A stretch of DNA of 64,000 nt from Armatimonadota bacterium (lineage in GTDB: Bacteria; Armatimonadota; SYMT01): assembly GCA_041690135.1 (NCBI GenBank), contig JAWLHY010000001.1, positions 288,001-352,000 of the forward strand, written 5' to 3'. Position numbers and translations under genes: made by a program. Below the pieces are notes generated by a model. That model was not told the DNA's origin. It searched no databases and saw only the letters and a program-made list of their open reading frames with translations. Shown piece after piece: positions 48,102 to 56,715 of this stretch. Each line of letters opens with the position of its first letter. Position 1 is the stretch's first letter.

Positions 48102-49052
48102 CTACTTTTCGTGCTTCAGGATCTGCGTGTCTGCCGATCCCGCTTCCACAATGTACCAGCGGCCGCCGGTCCGTTCGAGCACGTAGGAGATCTGGGTCTC
48201 CTGGCGCTTCTTGTCTTCGTCCATGAAGACGTGCTTCCCGGCCACGAAAACTCGGCCGTCCTGCAGCGACTTCGGCCGCTCCAGGTCGAACGCCGTGGTA
48301 TCGAAGCGGGTCATCGCTTCCTTGGCGACGTTCAGAAACTCCTTTGCCGAGACGGAGTACTTGAACTTGCCGTCCGGATAGATCCCAATCGTCCCTTCCG
48401 GCTTGAAGCGGGCCTGGAGCCGTTCGTAGTCTCCGTTCAGCCAGGCCTTGCGGATATCGTCCACCGCATCGGGCAGGGCTTCCGACTGCCCCTTACCGCC
48501 CAGGTAGAAGTCTTCCTTCAGCGCTCCGCCGCGCGGCTCCACCGGCCGGGCGGGTTCCGTCCGCTGCTGCGGCGCGGGCTGCTGGGTCGGCTGCTGGGCT
48601 TGCCCGTTACTGCCTTCGCGCAGGATAATCACCCCCTGCTGCTGCGACTGCAGCGGAAGGCCGTTGTACCCGTACTGGATGCCCAGGTAGGGGTTCGGCA
48701 GTACGGGCGTTCCATAGTAGTAACCCGGATAAGGATAGGGGTACACCGGGGGGAAAGGGACGACCGGCCGCGGTGTCACCACCTGGTAGCGCGGGTTGTA
48801 GCGTCCGTACAGGAACTTGTCCGGATTGGGTGCGGTCGCCCGCATCCGCATGAAGTCCCGCTGCAACAGCTCCTCGGCCTGGGACTGCGGCTGGTACGGC
48901 GGGAGCGGCACCACATAACTCTGTCCCGGTCGCGAGTGCGGAGGGCGGTGGCGGGTACTGTCCGCGGTCTGCGCCGTCGCCGGGGTAGTACTGCCGGCCA
49001 GCAGTGCCAGAGCCAGCGCTGCGCCTTGTTCCATTCCAAACTTTGGTCTCAT
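48102..49052 (-). CDS. Exported Pro/Tyr/Gln-rich protein with probable NTF2-like C-terminal domain
   Basis: Signal peptide; YPYPYPGYYYG; IRKAWLNGD..YVLERTGGRWYIVE. Confidence 0.75.
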   Translation of the reverse strand: MRPKFGMEQGAALALALLAGSTTPATAQTADSTRHRPPHSRPGQSYVVPLPPYQPQSQAEELLQRDFMRMRATAPNPDKFLYGRYNPRYQVVTPRPVVPFPPVYPYPYPGYYYGTPVLPNPYLGIQYGYNGLPLQSQQQGVIILREGSNGQAQQPTQQPAPQQRTEPARPVEPRGGALKEDFYLGGKGQSEALPDAVDDIRKAWLNGDYERLQARFKPEGTIGIYPDGKFKYSVSAKEFLNVAKEAMTRFDTTAFDLERPKSLQDGRVFVAGKHVFMDEDKKRQETQISYVLERTGGRWYIVEAGSADTQILKHEK

Positions 49053-49160
49053 CTCACGCTCCTCTCCGGCTCGCTTTGATCTGCTTCTATACTCCGGTCC
49101 TGCCGGGCCCCGGTTTCTCCGAGCGCTGCGAGCTTATCCATGATTGGACTTACTAGAAGA

Positions 49161-50375
49161 TTAGCCGGTTGCTCTTGTTTCTGTTAACGGTCCGGTTCGC
49201 CGGGCGATGCTCTGCGGCCGCTTCAATCGTTCGATCATCTGTCGTGCCCGCAACAACCCGCTTTCCGCGGACTCGAGTTCGCCAGCGGCCAGAGACCGGT
49301 TCGCCGCCACGAATGCCTCGCGGATCGCCTCTTGAAGAGACGTCGCCGGCCGCGGCCGCTGTCGGATCAGCCACATCTCGTAGTTGCGGACCGCACCATA
49401 CAGTTTTTGCCCGAGAACCAAACGCTCCGCCTGCCCTCCGGGAGCGACGTTCTCTTTCATACTTTGTTCCCAATCCGTGCGGAGTTGATCCCAACTCCGG
49501 CCGAACGCCTCTTGAAAAGTGGCTTGCACCTTCTCGGGGTCCGGTAAGCGGCGTGCGTCCGCGGCACGTGGACCGCGTCGGGGACTGCGAAGACGGGCGC
49601 GATCCTCGTTGCTGATCAGCCGTCCGCGTGCTTCGCTGTACTTCTCCGCGAAGGCCCGCGTTCGCTCCCAGCCAAACCGATCGGCCAGGAACTGCACCAA
49701 CAGGGCACTCTGGACGTATTGAGCGGTCCGGATTTCGGCATCCACCTGGGGGTTGGCTGGGAACTCGCCGGTGATAAAGAAGGCGTCCGGGTCGATCCAG
49801 AGACCGGCGTCCTTCAATGCGTGTCCCCACCACGGTCGGAGAGGGATGCTATTGAACCCACCCGCACCCCAATCCGCGATGCCTTCCCCCAGCGCACTGC
49901 CCGCCAGGGGCCCGGAAAACAGGTGGGCGATCTCATGCGTCAGCACGTACTCCGCGGAGAGCCCGAGGTACTCCAGGTCCGCCAGGCGCACTCCGATCAG
50001 CGGCGGCTCCTCCGGCTTCTTCGGGTTGGCTGGGCGTGCGAAGCCCGTCGCCCCTTCAAAATCCGGGGTCAGGTCCAGGCGAACTCGGGCTCCGGGTGCG
50101 GCCGAAGAACCGAAGACTCGCTCGCAACGCGCCCAGCCGGCTTCGGCAATCCGTCCGGCCGCTTCCGCACGCTCGCGACCCAGGACCCGGGGATCCCACT
50201 CCACCCGAAAGTGCGCCGTCTCCAGGTGCTCCAGCGGCTTCTGGGCTTCCCGGTTCTGGCCTTGCACCAGGACGGCGGGCGCACGGGTGACCATCGTTGC
50301 GGCCGGAGCCCCCGCGCCCCACCCAAAAGCCGTAGCAACCACCCCAATCGCCAACCAATTCTGACTTTGCCGCAT
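49161..50375 (-). CDS. Exported zincin-like (HExxH) metallopeptidase
   Basis: Signal peptide; LETAHFRV; VLTHEIAH...LGEGIAD. Confidence 0.75.
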   Translation of the reverse strand: MRQSQNWLAIGVVATAFGWGAGAPAATMVTRAPAVLVQGQNREAQKPLEHLETAHFRVEWDPRVLGRERAEAAGRIAEAGWARCERVFGSSAAPGARVRLDLTPDFEGATGFARPANPKKPEEPPLIGVRLADLEYLGLSAEYVLTHEIAHLFSGPLAGSALGEGIADWGAGGFNSIPLRPWWGHALKDAGLWIDPDAFFITGEFPANPQVDAEIRTAQYVQSALLVQFLADRFGWERTRAFAEKYSEARGRLISNEDRARLRSPRRGPRAADARRLPDPEKVQATFQEAFGRSWDQLRTDWEQSMKENVAPGGQAERLVLGQKLYGAVRNYEMWLIRQRPRPATSLQEAIREAFVAANRSLAAGELESAESGLLRARQMIERLKRPQSIARRTGPLTETRATG

Positions 50376-50667
50376 CCGTTGGTGTCCTCGCCGTTACTCC
50401 GTTTCAACCCAGTATACGGCTCGCACGGCTGTTTGTAACCAATGTCGAAAACCTGGTTCCCAATGACGAGGAGATTCTGCGTCCCGGGCGTAAGTTAACC
50501 GGGAGCCAAGGGGTCAGGTTTCGAGTGGTGCGGTAGTCTCTTTGGAAACTCCACCGCTGTCAGGTTCCGACACCGGGCGCCCACGGAGATATACGCCCGG
50601 GCCGGGCACCCTTTGGGTGGCGCTTGCGGGTGTGGGTGTGGGCAGCGTGCTTTACCAGAGCCCGACC

Positions 50668-50692
50668 GTTCAGGGTCGGGGTGAGTTGGGAA
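50668..50692 (+). promoter_or_regulatory. Possible SigB-type promoter (GTTC-N16-GGGAA)
   Basis: One mismatch to consensus, 27 bp before ATG 50720. Confidence 0.35.
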
Positions 50693-50719
50693 TCTCCCCA
50701 GGCCAGAACAGCGATCACC

Positions 50720-51832
50720 ATGTCCGATAACGAACGCAGTCTTCTCGTCAACAGCGATACGATGGCCTCGAACCCCGGCCGGACCGCGGTACAGTGGCCC
50801 GTTTTTGCCCGCTGCTTTCCTCGCTGGTTCATCATCTTTCCGGCGGCCATTCTGGGCGCGGTGTTTCTGGCCCTCACCACGGGCGATACCCGCCTCTGGG
50901 GCATCGCGGTCGGGGCATTCGTTATGAGCCTGCTGGGGATCATGCGCACCCAGAACCAGTTCAACCTGGGCTGCGTGAACCCGACCCAGGTAGTCGGTAA
51001 GGACCCCTACCTCATCGCCGTCTACACCGACCTGACCACCGGCGCCGAGACCTACGATGTGGTCAAGATCCTGGAGCACCCCCTCCAGAAGATGACGGGA
51101 GGGCCGCCCCGGGTCGGCCAGCGCCTCTCTTCCGTCGCCCTGTACCAGGGGGACATCAACAAGGCCCACTGGGACGATTTCGATCCGGTGGTGGTCAACT
51201 GTGTCACCGCCAGCCGCGCCGACATCGACCGGACGCTCAATAGCATTCCTGCGGACGAGTGGGAATGCCTGGAAGAGGGGCTGAAGCAGGTGCCGACTCC
51301 CTACAAGCCGGGACTCTACCCGGTGGACCTGAGCCGCCTGCGCGCGATGCAGGCCCAGGGAGCCCGGAGCGCGCCGGCCGCTGGTGCGGCCTGTACGATC
51401 GTGAGCCCCACGGTCGATTACGCAGGCATCGTGCGGACCCTACGCGCTCTGCGACCGAACCTGCAGGTCGTGGGGGACGAGAACCGGTGGAGCCAGATCC
51501 TGATCTATGGCAACCGGAGCACGCTCTGTATCAACAGCATGGAAGGCCAGTACCCCGGCGATCAGCTTTCGCAGGTCACGCAGGGCCTTTATCAGCAATT
51601 CCAGCAGGTCCGCACCCAGGGAGTGCAGAACCAGCAGCACGCGCTCGGGGTCATTCAGTCCACCCGCATGGCCCTGGGCGTCACGGCCACTCCGGCCTTC
51701 TCGGAGGAAGACGGGCATTTCCAGTGCCTGCACGCCGTGGCACGCCACCTGAACGGGCTGATCTTCACCGGCATCGCCCTGGTAGACGGCAACGGGCGCA
51801 TGGTCCTCAACGTCAACGGCACCTACCAGTAG
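50720..51832 (+). CDS. DUF3239-like membrane protein with extra C-terminal domain
   Basis: ASNPG, 2 TM, IAVYTDLT, VALYQG...HWDDFDP. Confidence 0.75.
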   Translation: MSDNERSLLVNSDTMASNPGRTAVQWPVFARCFPRWFIIFPAAILGAVFLALTTGDTRLWGIAVGAFVMSLLGIMRTQNQFNLGCVNPTQVVGKDPYLIAVYTDLTTGAETYDVVKILEHPLQKMTGGPPRVGQRLSSVALYQGDINKAHWDDFDPVVVNCVTASRADIDRTLNSIPADEWECLEEGLKQVPTPYKPGLYPVDLSRLRAMQAQGARSAPAAGAACTIVSPTVDYAGIVRTLRALRPNLQVVGDENRWSQILIYGNRSTLCINSMEGQYPGDQLSQVTQGLYQQFQQVRTQGVQNQQHALGVIQSTRMALGVTATPAFSEEDGHFQCLHAVARHLNGLIFTGIALVDGNGRMVLNVNGTYQ

Positions 51833-51840
51833 GTTGCGGA

Positions 51841-51888
51841 AAACCAGAGGACGGCGCCTGGCCGGAGCCACACGCCGTCCTCTGGTTT
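51841..51888. terminator. Bidirectional terminator
   Basis: 16-bp stem aaaccagaggacggcg/cgccgtcctctggttt between convergent genes. Confidence 0.8.
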
Positions 51889-51921
51889 AGTGCCCCGTCC
51901 CCGGGGCTTCACCTGGAGTAG

Positions 51922-52443
51922 CTACGCCGCGCGGCGCGTGGTAGCCCCGCTCGTTACCCGCTGGAAGGAGTCACGGGCGCTGCCGGGGATCAGATCCCAC
52001 ACGCGCTCGGCCGTCCGGCGCTCTTCCTGCTGGATCTCGCGGGCCAGGCGTTCCGTCTCGGTATCGCCGGCGGCGGAAGCGGCTACGGCCATCGCCTCGT
52101 ACATGGCGATCTCACTGTTCTCGACGGCGAACGCCATCATCAGGTCTTGAGTGCTCTTCTCCGCTTCTTCGTGGCCCAACTGCGCCGTCTTCGGCCCGAA
52201 GCCGAACATGTTGGCCATGAATGACTTCATGCCGGAAGGCTTGCCGCCCAGGGCGGTCAGCCGCTGCTTCAGGCGGTCGCACTGGCGCTGGGTCTCGTCC
52301 GCGTGCATCTCGAAAAGCTGACGGGCCTCGATCTGGTCGGACTCCTTGGCAAAGGTCCGCAACTGGTTTTCGAAGGTCTCCTCGGCCGCGATGGCGTCCT
52401 GGAGATAGCGTTGGATCACTTCTTGGGGTGGCTGCTGTGCCAT
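51922..52443 (-). CDS. DUF892 (YciE/YciF) ferritin-like protein
   Basis: YLQDAIAAE, HADET..Q, EN.EIAMY, QEERRTA; GGAGG SD. Confidence 0.88.
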   Translation of the reverse strand: MAQQPPQEVIQRYLQDAIAAEETFENQLRTFAKESDQIEARQLFEMHADETQRQCDRLKQRLTALGGKPSGMKSFMANMFGFGPKTAQLGHEEAEKSTQDLMMAFAVENSEIAMYEAMAVAASAAGDTETERLAREIQQEERRTAERVWDLIPGSARDSFQRVTSGATTRRAA

Positions 52444-52494
52444 GGGGATCGACTCCTCCGGGTATCTAACAACAACGCGATACCCGGGCCAACC

Positions 52495-52519
52495 TTCCCG
52501 ACCCTTTAACTCCCCAAAC
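52495..52519 (-). promoter_or_regulatory. Putative SigB-type promoter (GTTT-N16-GGGAA)
   Basis: Minus strand GTTT ggggagttaaagggtc GGGAA upstream of DUF892. Confidence 0.65.
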
Positions 52520-52651
52520 CCCATCTACCCGCACCCCGCCCCCGCGGATGGGTAGTTGGAGGGTCAGAGTGCTCTGTCGCCCTTCCAGGGCTTTTTTATG
52601 AGGGCGCCTGATCCGGGGGTTCACACCCCCCTGCCCGCATGCGGGCGCCCG

Positions 52652-52758
52652 ATCTCCGGTCGCCCCTCCGGGGCTAATCTCCGGTCGCCCCTCCGGGGCT
52701 AATCTCCGGTCGCCCCTCCGGGGCTAATCTCCGGTCGCCCCTCCGGGGCTAATCTCCG
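52652..52758. repeat. 4.3 perfect tandem copies of 25-bp ATCTCCGGTCGCCCCTCCGGGGCTA
   Basis: Directly visible; contains REP-like palindrome GCCCCTCCGGGGC. Confidence 0.95.
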
Positions 52759-52830
52759 ACTATACACCCGGCTCTCTCCGCCCTCTTCATCCTCCACCCT
52801 CTTTATCCTCATCCACCGTCCTCTTTATCC

Positions 52831-53340
52831 TTATCCTCCACCGTCCTTATCCTCACTCCATTCCCGATACGGCCGCTCCGCCAGCGCCGCGTTCTTGTAG
52901 CGGGAGTCGCGTGTCACGTCTTCGCCCAGCCAGTCGGGGCGAGCAAAAGCGCACCCTTCCTCCGGCACCTCCAACTCCGCGACCACCAGGCCCTCGTTAT
53001 CGCCCACGAAAATGTCGAGCTCCCAGGCCAGTTCCGGGCAGCCGTCGATCGGCAGGCGGTAGCGGGTCTTGGTGATCACTGACCCCTGGCACATGCCCAG
53101 GAGCCCCGTCGCTTCCTCAAAGGGGATCTCATACTCGAACTCGTCCCGGCCGACGTCCCCTTCGCCCTTAATGGTCAGGTAGGCCATCCGTCCGGAGCCA
53201 TCCTCGCGTTCTTCGGTGCGCACCCGCACGGTCGGCCGGAAGGAAAGATACCCCTGGGTGAGACGGCTGCCCGGGGGGAGGGGTGGGAGCCGTGAAGAAT
53301 CCACCAGGAACTTGTGCTCGATCTCCTGTTTGCGGCTCAT
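52831..53340 (-). CDS. CYTH domain protein (triphosphate tunnel metalloenzyme)
   Basis: EIEHKFLV, QGYL, TVRVR, LTIKG, EFEYEIP, KTRY, WLGEDVT.D.RYKN. Confidence 0.92.
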   Translation of the reverse strand: MSRKQEIEHKFLVDSSRLPPLPPGSRLTQGYLSFRPTVRVRTEEREDGSGRMAYLTIKGEGDVGRDEFEYEIPFEEATGLLGMCQGSVITKTRYRLPIDGCPELAWELDIFVGDNEGLVVAELEVPEEGCAFARPDWLGEDVTRDSRYKNAALAERPYREWSEDKDGGG

Positions 53341-53699
53341 TTTCGGGACCGGTTCTTCGCCAGAAGCTGCATGAACTCGATGACCAGGTCCTGGTCTCGC
53401 TCTTCTAGGGCGTTGTAGTACCGCTCCAGCCGGTCGTCCGTCGTCGGCGCGGTCTCGGCGGGCGTGGTGCCCCGCCGCGCGGAATCGTCCATCGCTTCTT
53501 GTAGTAGCTCCACGACCGTCGTGCGGAAGTAGCGTGCCAGTTGCTCCAGCTCGACCAGCGTGGGACTCGACTTCCCCGTTTCCAGCGCGCTGATGTAGCT
53601 GGCGCTCCGGTCCATGCGGGTATGGTCGATCAGTTCTTGCTGCGTCAGGCGCGCCCACTCGCGCTTGCGCTTCAACGTCGGCCCGATGTTGATTGCCAT
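53337..53699 (-). CDS. XRE-family helix-turn-helix regulator
   Basis: LKRKRE..LTQQEL..SYISALETGKSSPTL; ATGA overlap with CYTH gene. Confidence 0.88.
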   Translation of the reverse strand: MAINIGPTLKRKREWARLTQQELIDHTRMDRSASYISALETGKSSPTLVELEQLARYFRTTVVELLQEAMDDSARRGTTPAETAPTTDDRLERYYNALEERDQDLVIEFMQLLAKNRSRK

Positions 53700-53789
53700 C
53701 CTGTCTGCCTCCCAAGCTCACGGCATGCGTACATCGATTATAATGGCACTGCCCCACGCCCGGTGGGAAGTGGTCTTCGGAGGCTTCCG

Positions 53790-56306
53790 GTGAATAAACC
53801 CCAGGTCCTTTCCCTCGACGGTAACGACTGGACCGTCTACTGGCTGTTGCCTCACGAGTGGGAGTGTCGCAAGGTGTGGGAAGGAGATCCGCCCGAGGCG
53901 GCGTCCCGGCGCCTGCCCGCCGCCGTGCCTGGGCATGTGCAGGAGGCGCTTCTGCAGGCCGGGGAACTGCCGGACTGGCGCATCGGCACGAACAGTCGTC
54001 TCTGGGAGTGGGTCTCGGAACGGGACTGGGTCTATCGGAAGGAGTTCACGGCCCCCGCCGAGCTGGCCGGCCTCGACCTGCATCTCCGCTTCGAGGGGAT
54101 CGATGATTCCGCCGTCGTGTTTCTGAACGGCCAACGCATCGGTTCCCACACCGGCCAGTTCCAACCCGCGGAGTGGAACGTCACGGACGGGGTGCGGCCG
54201 GGCGCCGTCAACGAGCTGCTGGTGGTCGTGCGCCGCGCCCCCGAGGTCCAGGGCCAGATCGGTCGCACGTCCCAGGAGCGGCGCTGGAAGAGCCGGTTCG
54301 CCTACGGGTGGGACTGGTGTACGCGACTGGTGCCCATCGGCTTGTGGGATTCGGTCTCGCTTGTCGCCACGGGCGGCGCCCGCTTCGGCAACATCTCGAT
54401 CTACACCAACGTGGCCAACGACCGGACCGAGGCCGCCGTCTCCATCGTCTGCGAGTTTGCGGCCCGTCAGCCCACGCCCGCCACCATCTTCACGGAGATC
54501 ACCCAGGGCGGGCTCCCCGTGGCCAGCATCGCGGACCCCATCACCGTCTTCGGCAGCGACACCTCGCTCGTCCAGTCCGCCACTCTCAAGCGGGTGCAGT
54601 TATGGTGGCCGAATGGGGCGGGCCATCCCTCCCTTTACCAGGCCGCGCTCACCCTCGTGGATGAGGACGAGAACGTGCTGGACCAGACGAGTGTTGAGTT
54701 CGGGGTCCGCCAGGTGGATGCCGTTCCCTGCGAGGGCGCGCCTCCGGATAGCCTTCCCTACTCCCTGGCGGTTAACGGCCGGCGGGTGTGGATCAAGGGA
54801 TGGAACTGGGTCCCCCTCGACCACCTCTACGGTGGGGTTCCGGCCGAGCGTTATGAGCGGTTCCTGCGCCTGGCCCGGGCGGCGCACGTGAACCTGCTGC
54901 GGGTATGGGGTGGGGGACTGCTGGAGAAGGAGACGTTCTACCGGCTGTGCGACCGCTATGGGATCATGGTCTGGCAGGAGTTTCCGCTCTCCTCTTCGGG
55001 CCTGGACAACACGCCGCCCGCCGACCCGGCATACCTTGACTATCTCCGCGAGCAGGCCGAGGGCATGATCCCGCGCCGGCGGAACCACGCCTCGCTCGTC
55101 CTCTGGTGCGGCGGCAACGAGCTAACCGGAGAGAACCAGGAGCCGCTCGGAAGCGATCATCCCGCCCTGGCCGAGCTGCGCTCCGCGGTGGAGATCGACC
55201 ATCCCCAGAGCCAGTGGCTCCCCACCTCGCCCACCGGTCCGCGGTTCAGTGCCGACCCCGAGCACCGTGGCGAGCTGCACGATGTGCACGGTCCCTGGCA
55301 GTGGCTGGGCCTGCGCCGGCATCCGGAGTTCTACAACCGGATCGACCCGCTGCTCCACAGCGAGTTCGGGTGTGCGGGTGCTGCGAACGCGGAGACCCTG
55401 CAGGCGATTTTCCCGGAAGAGGTCACCCGTCCGAGCCTGGAAGATCCCACCTGGATGGCACATGGGGGCAACTGGTGGCTGCGGCCGGAAGAGGTGGAAG
55501 CGGCCTTCGGCGAGTGTCCGGACGTCCATACGTTCATCCGCGCCAGCCAGCAGCTTCAGGCGATGGGCCTGCAGTATGGAGTCGAGGCGAACCGTCGCCG
55601 GAAATGGCGCTGCGCCGGCACGCTCCCCTGGCAGCTCAATGAGGCCTGGCCAAATGCGATCTGCACAAGTGCGGTGGACTACTACGGCAGGCCGAAGCCG
55701 GCGTATTACGCCGTCAAACGTGCCTACGCGCCGTTCCACGTCAGCGCGGGCTTCACGACCTTCGATTGGGTGGAAGAGAAGGAGTTCCGGGCGGACATCT
55801 GGCTACACAACTCCGGCGAGGAGCGCTCGCTGCTGAACGTGGTGGCTACGGTCACCGATCTCCAGGGTCGCGAGCTCTACCAGGAGAACCTGGCGGCCGA
55901 GGCCCCCGAGAACAGCGCCGAGAACGCGGGCGACCTCGCCTGGCGCTTCCCCGACCGCTTCGCTGAGCCTTTCCTCCTGTTCCTGGAAGTCATCGATGAG
56001 GAGGGGGACACGCTCGCCCGGAATGCCTACCTCCACTCCCGCGCGGGGGCTCCCGCCTTCGCCCCCTTCCTCTCCGCACCGGCCACCACCCTGGAGGTCA
56101 CCCCGGCCGAGGGCGGGATCTGCGTCCGGAACACCGGGAAGGCGGTGGCGCTGGGGATCCGGATCGATGCCGGCGACGCCCTCGTCGATGACAGCGACTT
56201 CCCCCTGCGTCCCGGCACCGAGCGCCGCCTCCGCCTCTCCGACCCCGATGCGACGATCACCGTATCCGCCTGGAATGGGGGATCCTTATCCTTATCCTTA
56301 TCCTAA
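53790..56306 (+). CDS. Glycoside hydrolase family 2, beta-mannosidase-like
   Basis: FAYGWDW, IKGWNWVP, LRVWGGG, WCGGNE, SEFG, WQLNEAWP; GTG start with GGAGG SD. Confidence 0.92.
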   Translation: MNKPQVLSLDGNDWTVYWLLPHEWECRKVWEGDPPEAASRRLPAAVPGHVQEALLQAGELPDWRIGTNSRLWEWVSERDWVYRKEFTAPAELAGLDLHLRFEGIDDSAVVFLNGQRIGSHTGQFQPAEWNVTDGVRPGAVNELLVVVRRAPEVQGQIGRTSQERRWKSRFAYGWDWCTRLVPIGLWDSVSLVATGGARFGNISIYTNVANDRTEAAVSIVCEFAARQPTPATIFTEITQGGLPVASIADPITVFGSDTSLVQSATLKRVQLWWPNGAGHPSLYQAALTLVDEDENVLDQTSVEFGVRQVDAVPCEGAPPDSLPYSLAVNGRRVWIKGWNWVPLDHLYGGVPAERYERFLRLARAAHVNLLRVWGGGLLEKETFYRLCDRYGIMVWQEFPLSSSGLDNTPPADPAYLDYLREQAEGMIPRRRNHASLVLWCGGNELTGENQEPLGSDHPALAELRSAVEIDHPQSQWLPTSPTGPRFSADPEHRGELHDVHGPWQWLGLRRHPEFYNRIDPLLHSEFGCAGAANAETLQAIFPEEVTRPSLEDPTWMAHGGNWWLRPEEVEAAFGECPDVHTFIRASQQLQAMGLQYGVEANRRRKWRCAGTLPWQLNEAWPNAICTSAVDYYGRPKPAYYAVKRAYAPFHVSAGFTTFDWVEEKEFRADIWLHNSGEERSLLNVVATVTDLQGRELYQENLAAEAPENSAENAGDLAWRFPDRFAEPFLLFLEVIDEEGDTLARNAYLHSRAGAPAFAPFLSAPATTLEVTPAEGGICVRNTGKAVALGIRIDAGDALVDDSDFPLRPGTERRLRLSDPDATITVSAWNGGSLSLSLS

Positions 56307-56715
56307 TCCATCCGGGGCCCCCTGGTCAGGGGAGTTGTCCTTACACGGATGTGGCAGCCTTCTGGCAAACCGGACCAGCAATGGATCATCCCGTGTCCAA
56401 TCGCCGCCTCCGCTCACCAGGGGGATTGCCACGACCGGCAGTGCGGCGGATCACGCCCAGCACAGCCCAATGTTCAGTAGGGGAGATCGCGTAGTCAATT
56501 CGGCATGTCCGGTCTCGCAATGACGATCTGGGGCATTGGCAGACAAGCAACCAAGCGCTCGTCACTGCGAGGAGGGGTAAAACTCGGCCGACTTCACAGA
56601 CCACCACCGCCGCAAAGCCGGAGCACGGCTACCCTACGCTCGCGCCCTATCACCCGACGTGGCAGGCCCCCTGGTCAGGGAAGTCGCTCTTACTCGGGAT
56701 TCCTTATCCTTATCC
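56281..56715. repeat. Composite repeat region: TTATCC runs, GCCCCCTGGTCAGGG boxes, inverted pair of CTCGCAATGAC elements
   Basis: Homologous to 6339-6579 and 17378-17489. Confidence 0.8.

Noticed and set aside
52652-52758. CRISPR array
   Set aside because: The 25-bp repeats are head-to-tail with no spacers, and there are no cas genes in the window.
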